Source of the DNA: Candidatus Eiseniibacteriota bacterium
Lineage (GTDB): Bacteria > Eisenbacteria > RBG-16-71-46 > DASYSL01
Length of the DNA stretch: 64,000 nucleotides
Reading direction: 5' to 3'
NCBI GenBank assembly: GCA_050733935.1
Contig: JBOHUC010000024.1
Coordinates: 8,750 to 72,749, forward strand
Shown here: positions 39,754 to 49,291 of the stretch, one piece after another
Position numbering within the stretch: the stretch's first letter is position 1
Layout: every line of letters starts with the position of its first letter
Position numbers and translations under genes: made by a program
The notes under the pieces: model-generated
Database searches by the model: none
What the model was told of the DNA's origin: nothing
The model's input: only the letters and a program-made list of their open reading frames with translations

Positions 39754-41370
39754 ATGCGATTCCCGCGGGCCGGGGAGTTCCGATCCATGATGCATCCCGA
39801 CGGAATGCACTTTCATCACGGTCCCAGGGAGATCGACACCGGCGTCACACGCCGGGATTTCCTGCGCGGCAGTCTGGCCCTGGGCGCCGGCATCGTCGTG
39901 TCCCGCCTCGCGCTCGACGCGTGGGAACCGGTGCTTGCACAGGCGGCGGAATCCCAGCTCCCGCCGGTCACGTCGTTCCTCAAGCAGGATCAGGTCCAGG
40001 AGCTGCTCAAGATCGCGCTCTCGAAGGGCGCCGAGTTCGCGGAAGTGTACGGCGAGTACACGATCAACACCGCGTTCGTCCTCGACGAGAACGAGCTTCG
40101 CCAGGCGCAGTACGGAATTCTCTCCGGCGTCGGCGTGCGCGTGCTGTCGGGCGAGGTGACCGGTTACGCGTACGCGGACGATTACGAGATGGCGAGTCTC
40201 CGCGAAGCCGCGCGCGTCGCGGCCTCGGCAGCAGCGTCCGGAGCAGCCGGAAAGCCCAAGGCGTTCGCCGTCTCGCCCGCGAAGTCGCCGTTCGTGCTTC
40301 AGCGCCCGGCTCCGCTCTTCACGACCGAGATCGGGAAGATCGAGCGTTGCCAGCGCGCGAACCAGGCCGCGCGCGCGAAGGACCCGCGCATCAAGCAGGT
40401 TCAGGTGACGATGGCGGACACCGCGAAGGCGATCCTGGTCGCAAACTCCGAAGGCCTCTGGGCCGAGGACCGGCAATTCATCTCGAGCCTCGTGTGCGTC
40501 CCGACCGCGATCGACGGCACGAACCGCCAGACCGGCATCTCGATCGGCGGCGGCGCGGTCGAGCTCGACTACTTCGAGACGAATACGCCCGAGATGATCG
40601 CGAACGACGCCGCGGACACGGCGATCGCGCTCCTCGGAGCCGTGGACGCGAAGGCCGGCAGCTATCCCGTCATCATCAACAAGGGCTGGGGCGGCGTGCT
40701 CGTCCACGAGTGCTTCGGGCATTCGCTCGAGGGCGACGGCATCCGCAAGAAGACCTCGATCCGCGAGAAGCAGTTCGGCCAGAAGGTGTGCGCCGACATC
40801 GTGGACATCTACGACGACTCGACGGTTCCGAACTGCCGCGGCTCGTTCAAGGTGGACGACGAGGGAACGCCCTCCCAGAAGTCGCACGTGGTCGAGAAGG
40901 GCATCCTCAAGGGCTACCTGTGGGACCGCCTCAACGCCAAGCTCACCGGCAACGTGAGCAGCGGGAACGGGCGGCGGAACAGCTACCGCGACTACCCGAT
41001 CCCGCGCATGACGAACACGTACATTGGGGGCGGAACGAGCGATCCGCAGGCTCTCCTCGGATCGGTCAAGAACGGGCTCTTCTGCAAGTCGCTCGGCGGC
41101 GGCTCCGTGAATCCGGCGGACGGCAACTTCTCGTTCGTCGTCCAGGAGGCGTACCTGATCGAAGGCGGAAAGATCACGAGCGCGGTCAAGGGTGCGACCC
41201 TCACCGGGAACGCCGCCGACGCGATGCTGCGCGTCGAAGGCCTCGGAAACGATCTCAAGATCGACACCACGCGCGGCACGTGCGGCAAGGACGGGCAATT
41301 CAAGCCCGTCGGCGTCGGCCAGCCGACCGTCCTCTTCTCCGAGATGACTGTGGGAGGGACCCGTGCCTGA
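39754..41370 (+). CDS. tldD: TldD family metallopeptidase with a Tat signal
   Basis: HECFGHSLEGD (HExxxH) and a twin-arginine motif (TRRDFLRGSLALGAG). The start could be the ATG at 39787. Confidence 0.85.
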   Translation: MRFPRAGEFRSMMHPDGMHFHHGPREIDTGVTRRDFLRGSLALGAGIVVSRLALDAWEPVLAQAAESQLPPVTSFLKQDQVQELLKIALSKGAEFAEVYGEYTINTAFVLDENELRQAQYGILSGVGVRVLSGEVTGYAYADDYEMASLREAARVAASAAASGAAGKPKAFAVSPAKSPFVLQRPAPLFTTEIGKIERCQRANQAARAKDPRIKQVQVTMADTAKAILVANSEGLWAEDRQFISSLVCVPTAIDGTNRQTGISIGGGAVELDYFETNTPEMIANDAADTAIALLGAVDAKAGSYPVIINKGWGGVLVHECFGHSLEGDGIRKKTSIREKQFGQKVCADIVDIYDDSTVPNCRGSFKVDDEGTPSQKSHVVEKGILKGYLWDRLNAKLTGNVSSGNGRRNSYRDYPIPRMTNTYIGGGTSDPQALLGSVKNGLFCKSLGGGSVNPADGNFSFVVQEAYLIEGGKITSAVKGATLTGNAADAMLRVEGLGNDLKIDTTRGTCGKDGQFKPVGVGQPTVLFSEMTVGGTRA

Positions 41371-42745
41371 CACTTCGAAATCCCAGGTCCCGCTCAAGCA
41401 GGCGGCCGAGATGGCCGTGTCGTTTGCCACGAAGGCGGGTGCGGCCGAGGCGGACGCGCTCATCGAGTCGGGAAGCCAGTACACGGTCAACGTGCACGGC
41501 GGAGGCATCGAGCAATTGAAGCAGGCGCAGACGCGCGGGCTCGGGCTGCGCGTGTTCGTGGATCACAAGCTCGGCTTCGTCTACACGTCCGATCTCAGGC
41601 CCGATGCGCTCAAGGACATCGCGGAGAAGGCCGTGGCGCTCGCGAAGAAGAGCCAGCCCGACGAGTTCGCCGGGCTCCCCGGCCAACCGCCCGGCATGCT
41701 CGCGAACGCGGACGCGCTCGAGTTGTTCGATCCCGCGGTCGATTCGCTCTCGCCCGAGAAGAAGATCGCGATGGCGAAGGACCTCGAGAAGGCCGCGCTC
41801 GCGTACGACAAGCGGATCACGCGCTGCGACGGCTGTTCGCTTCAGACCGGGATCGGCGAGACGTTCTTCGCGAGCTCGGCCGGAGCGCCGATCTCCTACC
41901 GCGCGACCTTCATCGGCATGTTCGTCAATCCCCTGGCCGATGACGGCGCACGCCAGCAGTCCGGCAACTACGGCGAGTTTCAGCGCCGGATCGGGCTCCT
42001 CGGGAGCCCCGAGTCGATTGCGAAGGAAGCCGGACGTCGGGCCGTCGAGCGCATCGGAGCGCGCGGCGTGCCGACACAGAAGGTGCCCGTCGTCCTGCAC
42101 CCGGACATCGCGGGCAACTGGTTCCAGAACATGTTCAATGCGTTCTCGGGCGAGCAGGCGTTCAAGAAGATCAGCTACCTGACCGAGAAGGTCGGCCAGC
42201 CGATCGCCTCCGAGCTCGTCACGATCGTCGACGACGGCACGATGAAAGCCGGCGTCGGCACCGCACCGTTCGACGGCGACGGCCTTCCCACACAGAAGAA
42301 CCTCCTGGTCGACAAGGGCGTGATGAAGATGTTCGCCTACAACGCGTACTGGGGCCGGAAGGCGAAGGTGAAGAGCACCGGGAACGCGGGGCGCGGCTAC
42401 CAGAACACGCCGCAGATCGGCAGCAAGAACCTGTATCTCGCGGCCGGAACGTCGAAGCTCGCGGACATCTTCAAGTCCGTCGAGCGCGGCTTCTACATGG
42501 TCGACCAGGGCGCGTTCGGCTACAACCAGACGACCGGCGCGTATTCGTATCAGGCCGCCGGATTCTGGATCGAGAACGGCGCGAAGGCGTTTCCCGTGCA
42601 GGAGATCACGGTCGCCTCGACGACGCTCGAGATGCTCAAGAACATCGTCATGGTGGGTGACGACCTCGTGTTCAACGGCAACGTGAACTCGCCGACGATC
42701 AAGATCGCCGAGATGACGGTGTCGGGTCGGGAGAGCGCGGGCTAG
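41363..42745 (+). CDS. pmbA: PmbA/TldE family metallopeptidase partner
   Basis: PmbA/TldD fold lacking HExxxH. Overlaps the tldD stop by 8 nt. Confidence 0.85.
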   Translation: MPDTSKSQVPLKQAAEMAVSFATKAGAAEADALIESGSQYTVNVHGGGIEQLKQAQTRGLGLRVFVDHKLGFVYTSDLRPDALKDIAEKAVALAKKSQPDEFAGLPGQPPGMLANADALELFDPAVDSLSPEKKIAMAKDLEKAALAYDKRITRCDGCSLQTGIGETFFASSAGAPISYRATFIGMFVNPLADDGARQQSGNYGEFQRRIGLLGSPESIAKEAGRRAVERIGARGVPTQKVPVVLHPDIAGNWFQNMFNAFSGEQAFKKISYLTEKVGQPIASELVTIVDDGTMKAGVGTAPFDGDGLPTQKNLLVDKGVMKMFAYNAYWGRKAKVKSTGNAGRGYQNTPQIGSKNLYLAAGTSKLADIFKSVERGFYMVDQGAFGYNQTTGAYSYQAAGFWIENGAKAFPVQEITVASTTLEMLKNIVMVGDDLVFNGNVNSPTIKIAEMTVSGRESAG

Positions 42746-42829
42746 GGGCACACGCGGACGAAATGACTCGGGCGCCTTCTCCGGCGGACGATTTGCCGGA
42801 ACGGGCGCCCGCTTCTTTTTGTCCGCTTC

Positions 42830-44386
42830 TCAGTTGTAGTGCTTGAGGCGCGGCCACGCACCCCGGAGATCGACACGCGGCTTCCGCGCAATCGAGACAT
42901 CGAGCCCGCGCTCGTAGGGCATCGACCACCGGGATTGGGTCTGGCCGACGATCTCGATGTCCTCGAAGAGCTCCGCGTTGTCCTCACGGTCTCCGCCGAT
43001 GATGATGAGCACGTCACATTCGCCCTCGCCGGGGCCCCACAGCCAGTAGCTGTTGTGACCGCTCAACGCGTGCGGCAGCCCGAGCCGTCGGCCGAGCACG
43101 TCGATCGCTCCCGCCTCCCCGTAGTTCTGGCCGAAGATCCGGCAGCGAACCTGCTCCTCGGGCGTGAGGCGCCGGTACGCTTCGGCCACGAGTGCCGTCA
43201 TCTCCTCCCAGCCGAACATGTCCGCGAAGTGCTGCGGGAGCGCGCCCATTTCGTGACGCTCCTCCGTCCGCGGAGCGAGCCCAAGAGCCGCCTGGTAGCG
43301 CACGTAGGTCTCGGCCGGAAGGAGCGGGAGCGCGAGCGGCGCGCTCAGAACGCCACCGGCGACGACGAGCACGACCGCCATCGCACGCAGCACGACGCGC
43401 GCGTGCGTGCGCGTCCAGCGCTCGATCGCGATACCACCGAGCGCGAGCAGGCCGCAGTAGGCGGGAGCCAGGTACGAGGCCCGCGCGCTCCCGGCCACGA
43501 GCAGGAGCGCGAGAACGGCGAGATAGAGCCCGACGAGAATGCGCCCCTTGCCCGAGTCGCGCGAGAACGCGCCATACAGGATGCCTGCAATCCAGACGGG
43601 CACTGCGCCGACGTTCATGTAGAGGATCTGGTCCCCCAGGAATCCGATCACCGTCGGCCGGACCATCTTATGGGAAGCGGCGTTTCGCATGAACTCGAGC
43701 GTCGGCCAGCCGTGGCCGATCTGCCAGACGACGTGCGGCAGGAAGAAGAGCCCCGCAAGGCCGATCGCAACCCACGGCCAGGGCCCGCGCAGGACGCGTC
43801 GGTAGGGCGTGAGGAGGAGGCCGGCCCCGAGGCCCCCGAGAAACCAGATCATGCTGATCTTGTTGAGAAGGCCGAGACCGCACACGATCCCGAGGAGGAT
43901 CCACTCGCGTTTCCGATCCGCGGCGAGGGCGCGCAGGACGAGCCACGTCGCGAGGGGCCAGAACAGGAGCTCGAACGCGTTCATCGAGTAGTAGCGGCCC
44001 GTGCCCAGGAAGACCGGTGAGAGGACCGCGGCCAGGGCGGCGAGCCCCAGCGCGAAGCCCCTCCCGCCCAGCTCGCGCGCGATCAGGCCCGTGAAAACGA
44101 CCGTTGCGACGCCCGCGAGGGCGGGAACGATCCGAAGTGCCGGAAGCGAGTCTCCGAGGAGCGCGCGCACGACCGCGAGCACCGCGATTGAAAATGGCGG
44201 GTGGTCGACGTAGCCCCAGTCCAGATGCTCGGTGCTCGCTAGGTAGTAGAGCTCGTCGCGGAAGTACCCGTACTGCCCGATCGCGGCCAGGTGGAGAAGG
44301 AGCTTCGCGGCCACGAGCGCGACCAGCACACCAATCGCGACTCTGGGAGTCTTGTGGTTTGCCGAATCAGGAGGGCGCTGGTTCAT
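42830..44386 (-). CDS. Glycosyltransferase family 39/83 (ArnT/PMT-like) membrane protein
   Basis: Multi-TM N-terminal region with the DHPPF loop motif typical of ArnT/PMT_2. Confidence 0.75.
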   Translation of the reverse strand: MNQRPPDSANHKTPRVAIGVLVALVAAKLLLHLAAIGQYGYFRDELYYLASTEHLDWGYVDHPPFSIAVLAVVRALLGDSLPALRIVPALAGVATVVFTGLIARELGGRGFALGLAALAAVLSPVFLGTGRYYSMNAFELLFWPLATWLVLRALAADRKREWILLGIVCGLGLLNKISMIWFLGGLGAGLLLTPYRRVLRGPWPWVAIGLAGLFFLPHVVWQIGHGWPTLEFMRNAASHKMVRPTVIGFLGDQILYMNVGAVPVWIAGILYGAFSRDSGKGRILVGLYLAVLALLLVAGSARASYLAPAYCGLLALGGIAIERWTRTHARVVLRAMAVVLVVAGGVLSAPLALPLLPAETYVRYQAALGLAPRTEERHEMGALPQHFADMFGWEEMTALVAEAYRRLTPEEQVRCRIFGQNYGEAGAIDVLGRRLGLPHALSGHNSYWLWGPGEGECDVLIIIGGDREDNAELFEDIEIVGQTQSRWSMPYERGLDVSIARKPRVDLRGAWPRLKHYN

Positions 44387-44413
44387 TCGTCCCTCGAAGT
44401 GGTTGGGAGGGCT

Positions 44414-45370
44414 CTACGCCGCGGGTGGAGACGCAGGCGGCGGGATCGCCGGCGGTGGAATCGCCGGAGTCACGTCCGCGGGCCGGGCCGCGGTGGCGGG
44501 CGCGGGCTTCGGCTTCCGCACGTGCGCCGCCGCCTCGAGATAGCGCCAGCGCACCTGACCGTTCAACTCGCCCCCGATCATGAACGCAAGGGCCGTGAGA
44601 TAGAGCCACGTCATGAGCACCAGAAACGCGCCGAGGATCCCGTAGAGCTTGTCCATGCGGCCGTAGAGCGAGAGGTAGCGATCGAACCCGTAGCCGATCG
44701 CGACCCACAGGAGCCCGAACAGGATCGCCCCCGGCACCGTCCAGCGCCAGTCGACGCGCGGGAGCGCCGGCGCGATCGAGTAGAGCGCCACGCCGACGCT
44801 CGTCGCAACCAGGAAGTACGCAGGCCAGCGCGCCCAGCCGAAGAGCCCGGGCAGGTCGACCGGCGTGGGCCAGCTCGCGATCCAGTTCTTCACCAGCGAG
44901 GATCCGACGAGCAGGATCTCGAACGCCGTGATGAGTCCGAATCCGACTGCGACCACGAGCACGATCGCAAGGAGCCTCCGGTACCAGAACGGACGGTACT
45001 CGGTGACGCGATACGCCCGGTTCAGCCCGCCCATGATGACGTCGAATCCGTTCGACGCGACCCACGTCACGCCGACGAGTCCGAGTCCGAGCACGGGGGC
45101 GGTCCCCCGCGAGAGGGCCGCACGCATCGAGGCGAGCGTCGCTTCGACGAGATCGCGCGTGTCACCGGGAGTTGCGCTTTCAATCAGGAGTCCGAGCGTC
45201 GAGAGAAATCCGGGGTTCGCTCCCAGGGCCGTGAGAAGCCCGATCAGAACGAACATGCCGGGGAACAGCGCGTAAATCCAGTGATACGCGATCTGGGTCG
45301 CGAGCCCGTGGCAGTCGTGCTCGAAGATGCCCTTCACCGTTCCCGCGAGCGATTTCCGGAGGAGGGTCAT
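44414..45370 (-). CDS. YihY/BrkB family membrane protein
   Basis: Six-TM protein with ...FDVIMGGLNRAY... and a Pro/Ala-rich C-terminus. Confidence 0.72.
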   Translation of the reverse strand: MTLLRKSLAGTVKGIFEHDCHGLATQIAYHWIYALFPGMFVLIGLLTALGANPGFLSTLGLLIESATPGDTRDLVEATLASMRAALSRGTAPVLGLGLVGVTWVASNGFDVIMGGLNRAYRVTEYRPFWYRRLLAIVLVVAVGFGLITAFEILLVGSSLVKNWIASWPTPVDLPGLFGWARWPAYFLVATSVGVALYSIAPALPRVDWRWTVPGAILFGLLWVAIGYGFDRYLSLYGRMDKLYGILGAFLVLMTWLYLTALAFMIGGELNGQVRWRYLEAAAHVRKPKPAPATAARPADVTPAIPPPAIPPPASPPAA

Positions 45371-45392
45371 CGGAGAGCGCTCCCCGGGCCGG

Positions 45393-47030
45393 TCAGAGCG
45401 GAGCGGGCAGGTAGTCGGACGCGGCGGCGCGCGAGCGCGCGATCGAACTTCCGGCGTCCTTCGCCGCGCTCAGCACCTCGGCGCGCACGCTCTCGACCCG
45501 CCAGGAGCGCGTGGGCTCCTGCGCGATCTCGGTGAAGATCTGACGGGCGGCCGGCGCCTCCCCGATCGACAGCAGCGATTCCGCAAGCAGGGACGCTCCG
45601 ATCAGGTCGTGCGGCGAGGTCTTCCGCACGTTCTCGAGTGCGGAGATCGTGCGCAGCGTGTCCCCCGCCGCCCATAGCGCCTCGGCGTACGTGCGGACGA
45701 GGATCGGATCGCCTCCGGACGCCTCGCTTCCCGCGCGTGCGGCGAGCACGGGAAGACCGGGAGCACCGCGGTTCACGCGGATCGTGCGCGAGAGCCAGTA
45801 GAGCGCGGCCGGACGCCGGAGCGGATCGCCCGCCGCCTGGTACAGCTTGTCGCCGGCGAGCGAGAACTCTCCGCGCTCGATCAGTTGCTCGGCCGCTTCG
45901 AGCTCGGGCGAGGACCAGGCCGGTAGCGGCGATCCTCCGGCGCGCGTCGCGGATGCGAGGCCGGCCGCCGGATTGAGCCTTCGCGCTTCGTCGAACGCGA
46001 GGCGCGCCTGCGCGGTGTCCCCCTCCTCACGATGAATGCGGCTTGCGAGGAGCGGCACGAGGTAGTTCGTCGGATCCACGCGGCGCAGCGTCCGGAGCAT
46101 GGTCCACGCGCGGGCGGTGTCACCGGCGGCGAGCCGCTCGAGCGTGATGTTGTAGCCCGCGTCGAACGACAGCGAATCGCGGCGGGACGCGCGCTGGAAG
46201 AAGACGAGCGCCGAGTCGCGGTTCCCGAGCGCGCGCTGCACCAGGCCCATCTCGACCGCCCACACGGGCTGATCGGGATCCTGGGCGAGCAGGTAGTGGA
46301 GCGCTTCCGCCGCCTCCCGGTCTCGCCCGAGTCCGCGCAACGCCTGCGCCATGTGCTGACGCGCGCTCAGATCGTTCGGCACCTGGTAGAGGTGAAGCTT
46401 GAGCCCCTCGTACGCGCCGTTGTAATCGCCGCGCGAGAGCATGAGGCCGAGGCTCGTGGACCACCACAGGTACGACCGGCTCTGATCCTGCTCGACGGCC
46501 CGCGCGCGCTCGATCGCCTTGTCGGCCTCCCCGAGCTCGGCGCGCGTCCAGTGGTAGACGCACTTCGTGTACCACGCGGTCCCGAACAGCGAGTCGGCCG
46601 CGAGCGCGTACTCGAGCGACTTCTTGCCCTCCTCTTCGAGTCCGAGCTGGAGGAACGAGACCTGGGCGAGGCGGTTCCAGATCGGCGCCTGGTCGGGAGC
46701 GAGCACGGCCGCGTGCTCGTAGGCCTGGAACGCCGCGCGAAACCGGCGCTGGCGCATGTAGATCCCGCCGAGAACGTCGAACACCTCGGCCGAGAGCGAA
46801 TCCTTCTGGATGGCGGCGAGCCCGGCCTGATAAGCGCCGGACAGGTTGTTCTGGCGCAGCCGGCTCTTCACGCGATTGAGCTCGACCTGGGCCGCATCGT
46901 TCGCCTTGAAATGAGCGCCCGGAATCTCCGAGCGCAGGACGACCGCCCGTGCAGGCGGAGAGAAGAACGTGAGTGCGAGCGCGACGAGCAAGGCGAAACC
47001 GGCCAGAAGGGTGCGGCGGCTCGTGATCAT
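45393..47030 (-). CDS. Secreted tetratricopeptide repeat protein
   Basis: Signal peptide MITSRRTLLAGFALLVALAL...ARA and multiple TPR motifs. RBS AAGGAA precedes the ATG at 47030. Confidence 0.75.
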   Translation of the reverse strand: MITSRRTLLAGFALLVALALTFFSPPARAVVLRSEIPGAHFKANDAAQVELNRVKSRLRQNNLSGAYQAGLAAIQKDSLSAEVFDVLGGIYMRQRRFRAAFQAYEHAAVLAPDQAPIWNRLAQVSFLQLGLEEEGKKSLEYALAADSLFGTAWYTKCVYHWTRAELGEADKAIERARAVEQDQSRSYLWWSTSLGLMLSRGDYNGAYEGLKLHLYQVPNDLSARQHMAQALRGLGRDREAAEALHYLLAQDPDQPVWAVEMGLVQRALGNRDSALVFFQRASRRDSLSFDAGYNITLERLAAGDTARAWTMLRTLRRVDPTNYLVPLLASRIHREEGDTAQARLAFDEARRLNPAAGLASATRAGGSPLPAWSSPELEAAEQLIERGEFSLAGDKLYQAAGDPLRRPAALYWLSRTIRVNRGAPGLPVLAARAGSEASGGDPILVRTYAEALWAAGDTLRTISALENVRKTSPHDLIGASLLAESLLSIGEAPAARQIFTEIAQEPTRSWRVESVRAEVLSAAKDAGSSIARSRAAASDYLPAPL

Positions 47031-47038
47031 GGATTCCT

Positions 47039-48841
47039 TTATCGAAGGAGGAGCGGGCGGATGTCCGCCCGGAGGAGGTTCACCGCACCTCCCGCCTGAA
47101 ATGCAATCCGGCGGCCGTCGGGCGACCAATCGCCGTGCTGGTCGGAAGAGAGTGGGTTCTCGACCAGCGGCCGGGCTTCGCCGGTCGCGAGATCGAGGAG
47201 CCACAGGTCGGCATCGCCGCGGCGCACGCGGGTGAAGAGCACGTGGGAACCGTCCGGAGAGACGGCCGGCTGCGCATCCCACGATCCGGGGACGTCGTCG
47301 CTCGTGAGCGCGACGGGAGCACCCGGTCCGCCGTCGAGAGAGGCGCGCCAGAGCGAGGGACGTCCCTCCCGAAGCGACGCATAGACGAGCGCGCCGCCGT
47401 CCGGCGTGAACGCGGGCGCGTGGGCGCCGCCGGGCGCCCCGATCGTCACGGCGCGGAGCCGGCGCGCGACGCCCTCCATCAGATAGAGATCGAACCCGGT
47501 CCCGAGGTCCGCGGAGAACGCGAGCGCGCGGCCATCCGGCGACCAGCGCGGCTCACCCTTCGCTCCCGCCCCGTGCGTGACCGTTTCGAGATCCGCCCCG
47601 GTGGCATCCGTGAGCGCGAGGTTCGTCCCGCCCTGCTCGCGGTCGGTGACGTAGATGATCTGGCCGCTCGCCCTGGACCAGTTCGGCATCCGGTCTTCGG
47701 CCGGAAAGCGCGTCACCTGCTTGGCCGGCCCGGTGGCGGCTTCTCCCTTCGCGTCCATGATCCATAAGTCATCGTTCCCGGAGCGGGTCGAAACGAACAG
47801 AACATGAAACCCGTCTCCAGACCAGGACGGCTCGCGATCATCGAACAGCGAGGAGCTCAGCGTGTCGGTTCGCGCGCCGTCGAGGTCACGCGCGACCACG
47901 ACCCACGGACTCTGGCGGTCGAACCAGAGCGTCTTCCCCTTCGGATCCCAGGCCGGCCGTCGCGCCTGCTGGAACGCCGCCGTGACGGGCCGCCAGGGCG
48001 CGAGAACGGGCGCGGGGAAGGGCTTGTCGTCCGCGCGGTAGGAAGTCCCGCGCGACTTGTCGATGCGCGCGATCCAGAGATTCGAGTAGCCTGTCGAATC
48101 CGAAGCAAACGCGAGCCACTTCCCGTCGGGCGAGAACGCGGGATCGGATTCGCGCGCCGCTCCCGCCGTGAGCTGGATCGGAACGCCGCCCTTCGCAGGC
48201 ACCCACCACAGGTCGCCCTGCCAGACGTACGCGATGCCTTTGCCGTCGGGGCTGTAGGCCGGACGCGCGAGCGGGAACGGAGGCAGCGCCTTGACGAGGG
48301 TCGTGCGCGCGAAGTCGGCCACGCGAATCTCGACGAGCTCCCAGCTCGAGTCGCTCTTCGCGACGCCGGCGACACGGTCGCCATCCGGCGCATACACGGC
48401 GTCCCGGATCAGCACGTCGAGCGGGCGCGGATCGCCGCCCGCGGCGTCGACCACGAACGCGCGCTCATCCGATCCGTCAGGGGTGGTGCGGGTGAAGAGG
48501 ATCCGCTTGCCGTCCGACGTCCAGGTCGGCCGCGAGACGTTGCCCGGGCCGACTGCGATCGCCCGCGGCTCGCCGGTGGGAAGTGCGCGCACGAACAGCG
48601 CGCGCGTCCCGTCCCCGCGCTCACTCACGAAGCAGAGCGACTTCCCGTTCGGTGCGATCGCGACGTCGCCGTCCCACGCGGCGTCCTGCGTCGCCTCCGT
48701 GAGCGCGGGCAGCGTCCCCGGCTCGTAGCGGCCGCAACCCGTCGCGAACAGAACGAGCGCCGAGAAGCTCCCGAACAAAAATGCGAAAGCCCGCCCTCGG
48801 CTGGCGGGCTCGCTCGGGATCCGATGGGTGATGCGTGACAC
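47039..48841 (-). CDS. TolB-like WD40/PD40 beta-propeller lipoprotein
   Basis: Many PD40 repeats (SPDGKWLAF, WSPDGRALAF, WSPDGRRIAF). Lipobox FATGC. The GTG start is inferred just after the upstream stop, and the upstream Arg-rich ORF part is rejected. Confidence 0.68.
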   Translation of the reverse strand: MSRITHRIPSEPASRGRAFAFLFGSFSALVLFATGCGRYEPGTLPALTEATQDAAWDGDVAIAPNGKSLCFVSERGDGTRALFVRALPTGEPRAIAVGPGNVSRPTWTSDGKRILFTRTTPDGSDERAFVVDAAGGDPRPLDVLIRDAVYAPDGDRVAGVAKSDSSWELVEIRVADFARTTLVKALPPFPLARPAYSPDGKGIAYVWQGDLWWVPAKGGVPIQLTAGAARESDPAFSPDGKWLAFASDSTGYSNLWIARIDKSRGTSYRADDKPFPAPVLAPWRPVTAAFQQARRPAWDPKGKTLWFDRQSPWVVVARDLDGARTDTLSSSLFDDREPSWSGDGFHVLFVSTRSGNDDLWIMDAKGEAATGPAKQVTRFPAEDRMPNWSRASGQIIYVTDREQGGTNLALTDATGADLETVTHGAGAKGEPRWSPDGRALAFSADLGTGFDLYLMEGVARRLRAVTIGAPGGAHAPAFTPDGGALVYASLREGRPSLWRASLDGGPGAPVALTSDDVPGSWDAQPAVSPDGSHVLFTRVRRGDADLWLLDLATGEARPLVENPLSSDQHGDWSPDGRRIAFQAGGAVNLLRADIRPLLLR

Positions 48842-48846
48842 GCGGC

Positions 48847-49170
48847 TCAGGTCTTGAAAGACTTGCCGCAACCGCATCCGCCACCGGTGGCGTTCGGGTT
48901 CTTGATCGAGAAACCCTCGGAGCCGAGATCCTCCTTGAAGTCGATCTCGGAGCCGTTGAGGAGCGGGAGGCTGTCTCCGTCCACGAGGAGCTTCACGTCC
49001 CCGTGGCTGAACACCTGGTCGCCTTCGGCCGGGTCGTCGAACACCATGTCGTACTGGTAGCCCGAGCAGCCGCCGGGAACGACGCGGATCCGGAGACCCT
49101 TGTCCTCCGCACCTTCCGCCACGAGGATCTCGCGCAGCTTGAGCGCGGCGGTATCTGAGAGCGTGACCAT
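48847..49170 (-). CDS. A-type iron-sulfur cluster carrier (IscA/ErpA/HesB family)
   Basis: CSGYQY ... GCGCGKSF cysteine signature. Confidence 0.85.
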   Translation of the reverse strand: MVTLSDTAALKLREILVAEGAEDKGLRIRVVPGGCSGYQYDMVFDDPAEGDQVFSHGDVKLLVDGDSLPLLNGSEIDFKEDLGSEGFSIKNPNATGGGCGCGKSFKT

Positions 49171-49291
49171 CCGTCTTCCACCTTTCGAGAGTCGGGGGAT
49201 TGCAGGCCGCTTCGAGCGGCCTCACACACGGCAAGCATAAGGGCCGGGCGGAAGCACTGTCAAATCCGCCCGGCCCTCGACGCCAGGGCCT

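Noticed and set aside
39553-41508. A 651-aa minus-strand ORF antisense to tldD.
   Set aside because: No domain signal and Arg-rich composition. tldD on the plus strand has the HExxxH motif, so this is a shadow ORF.
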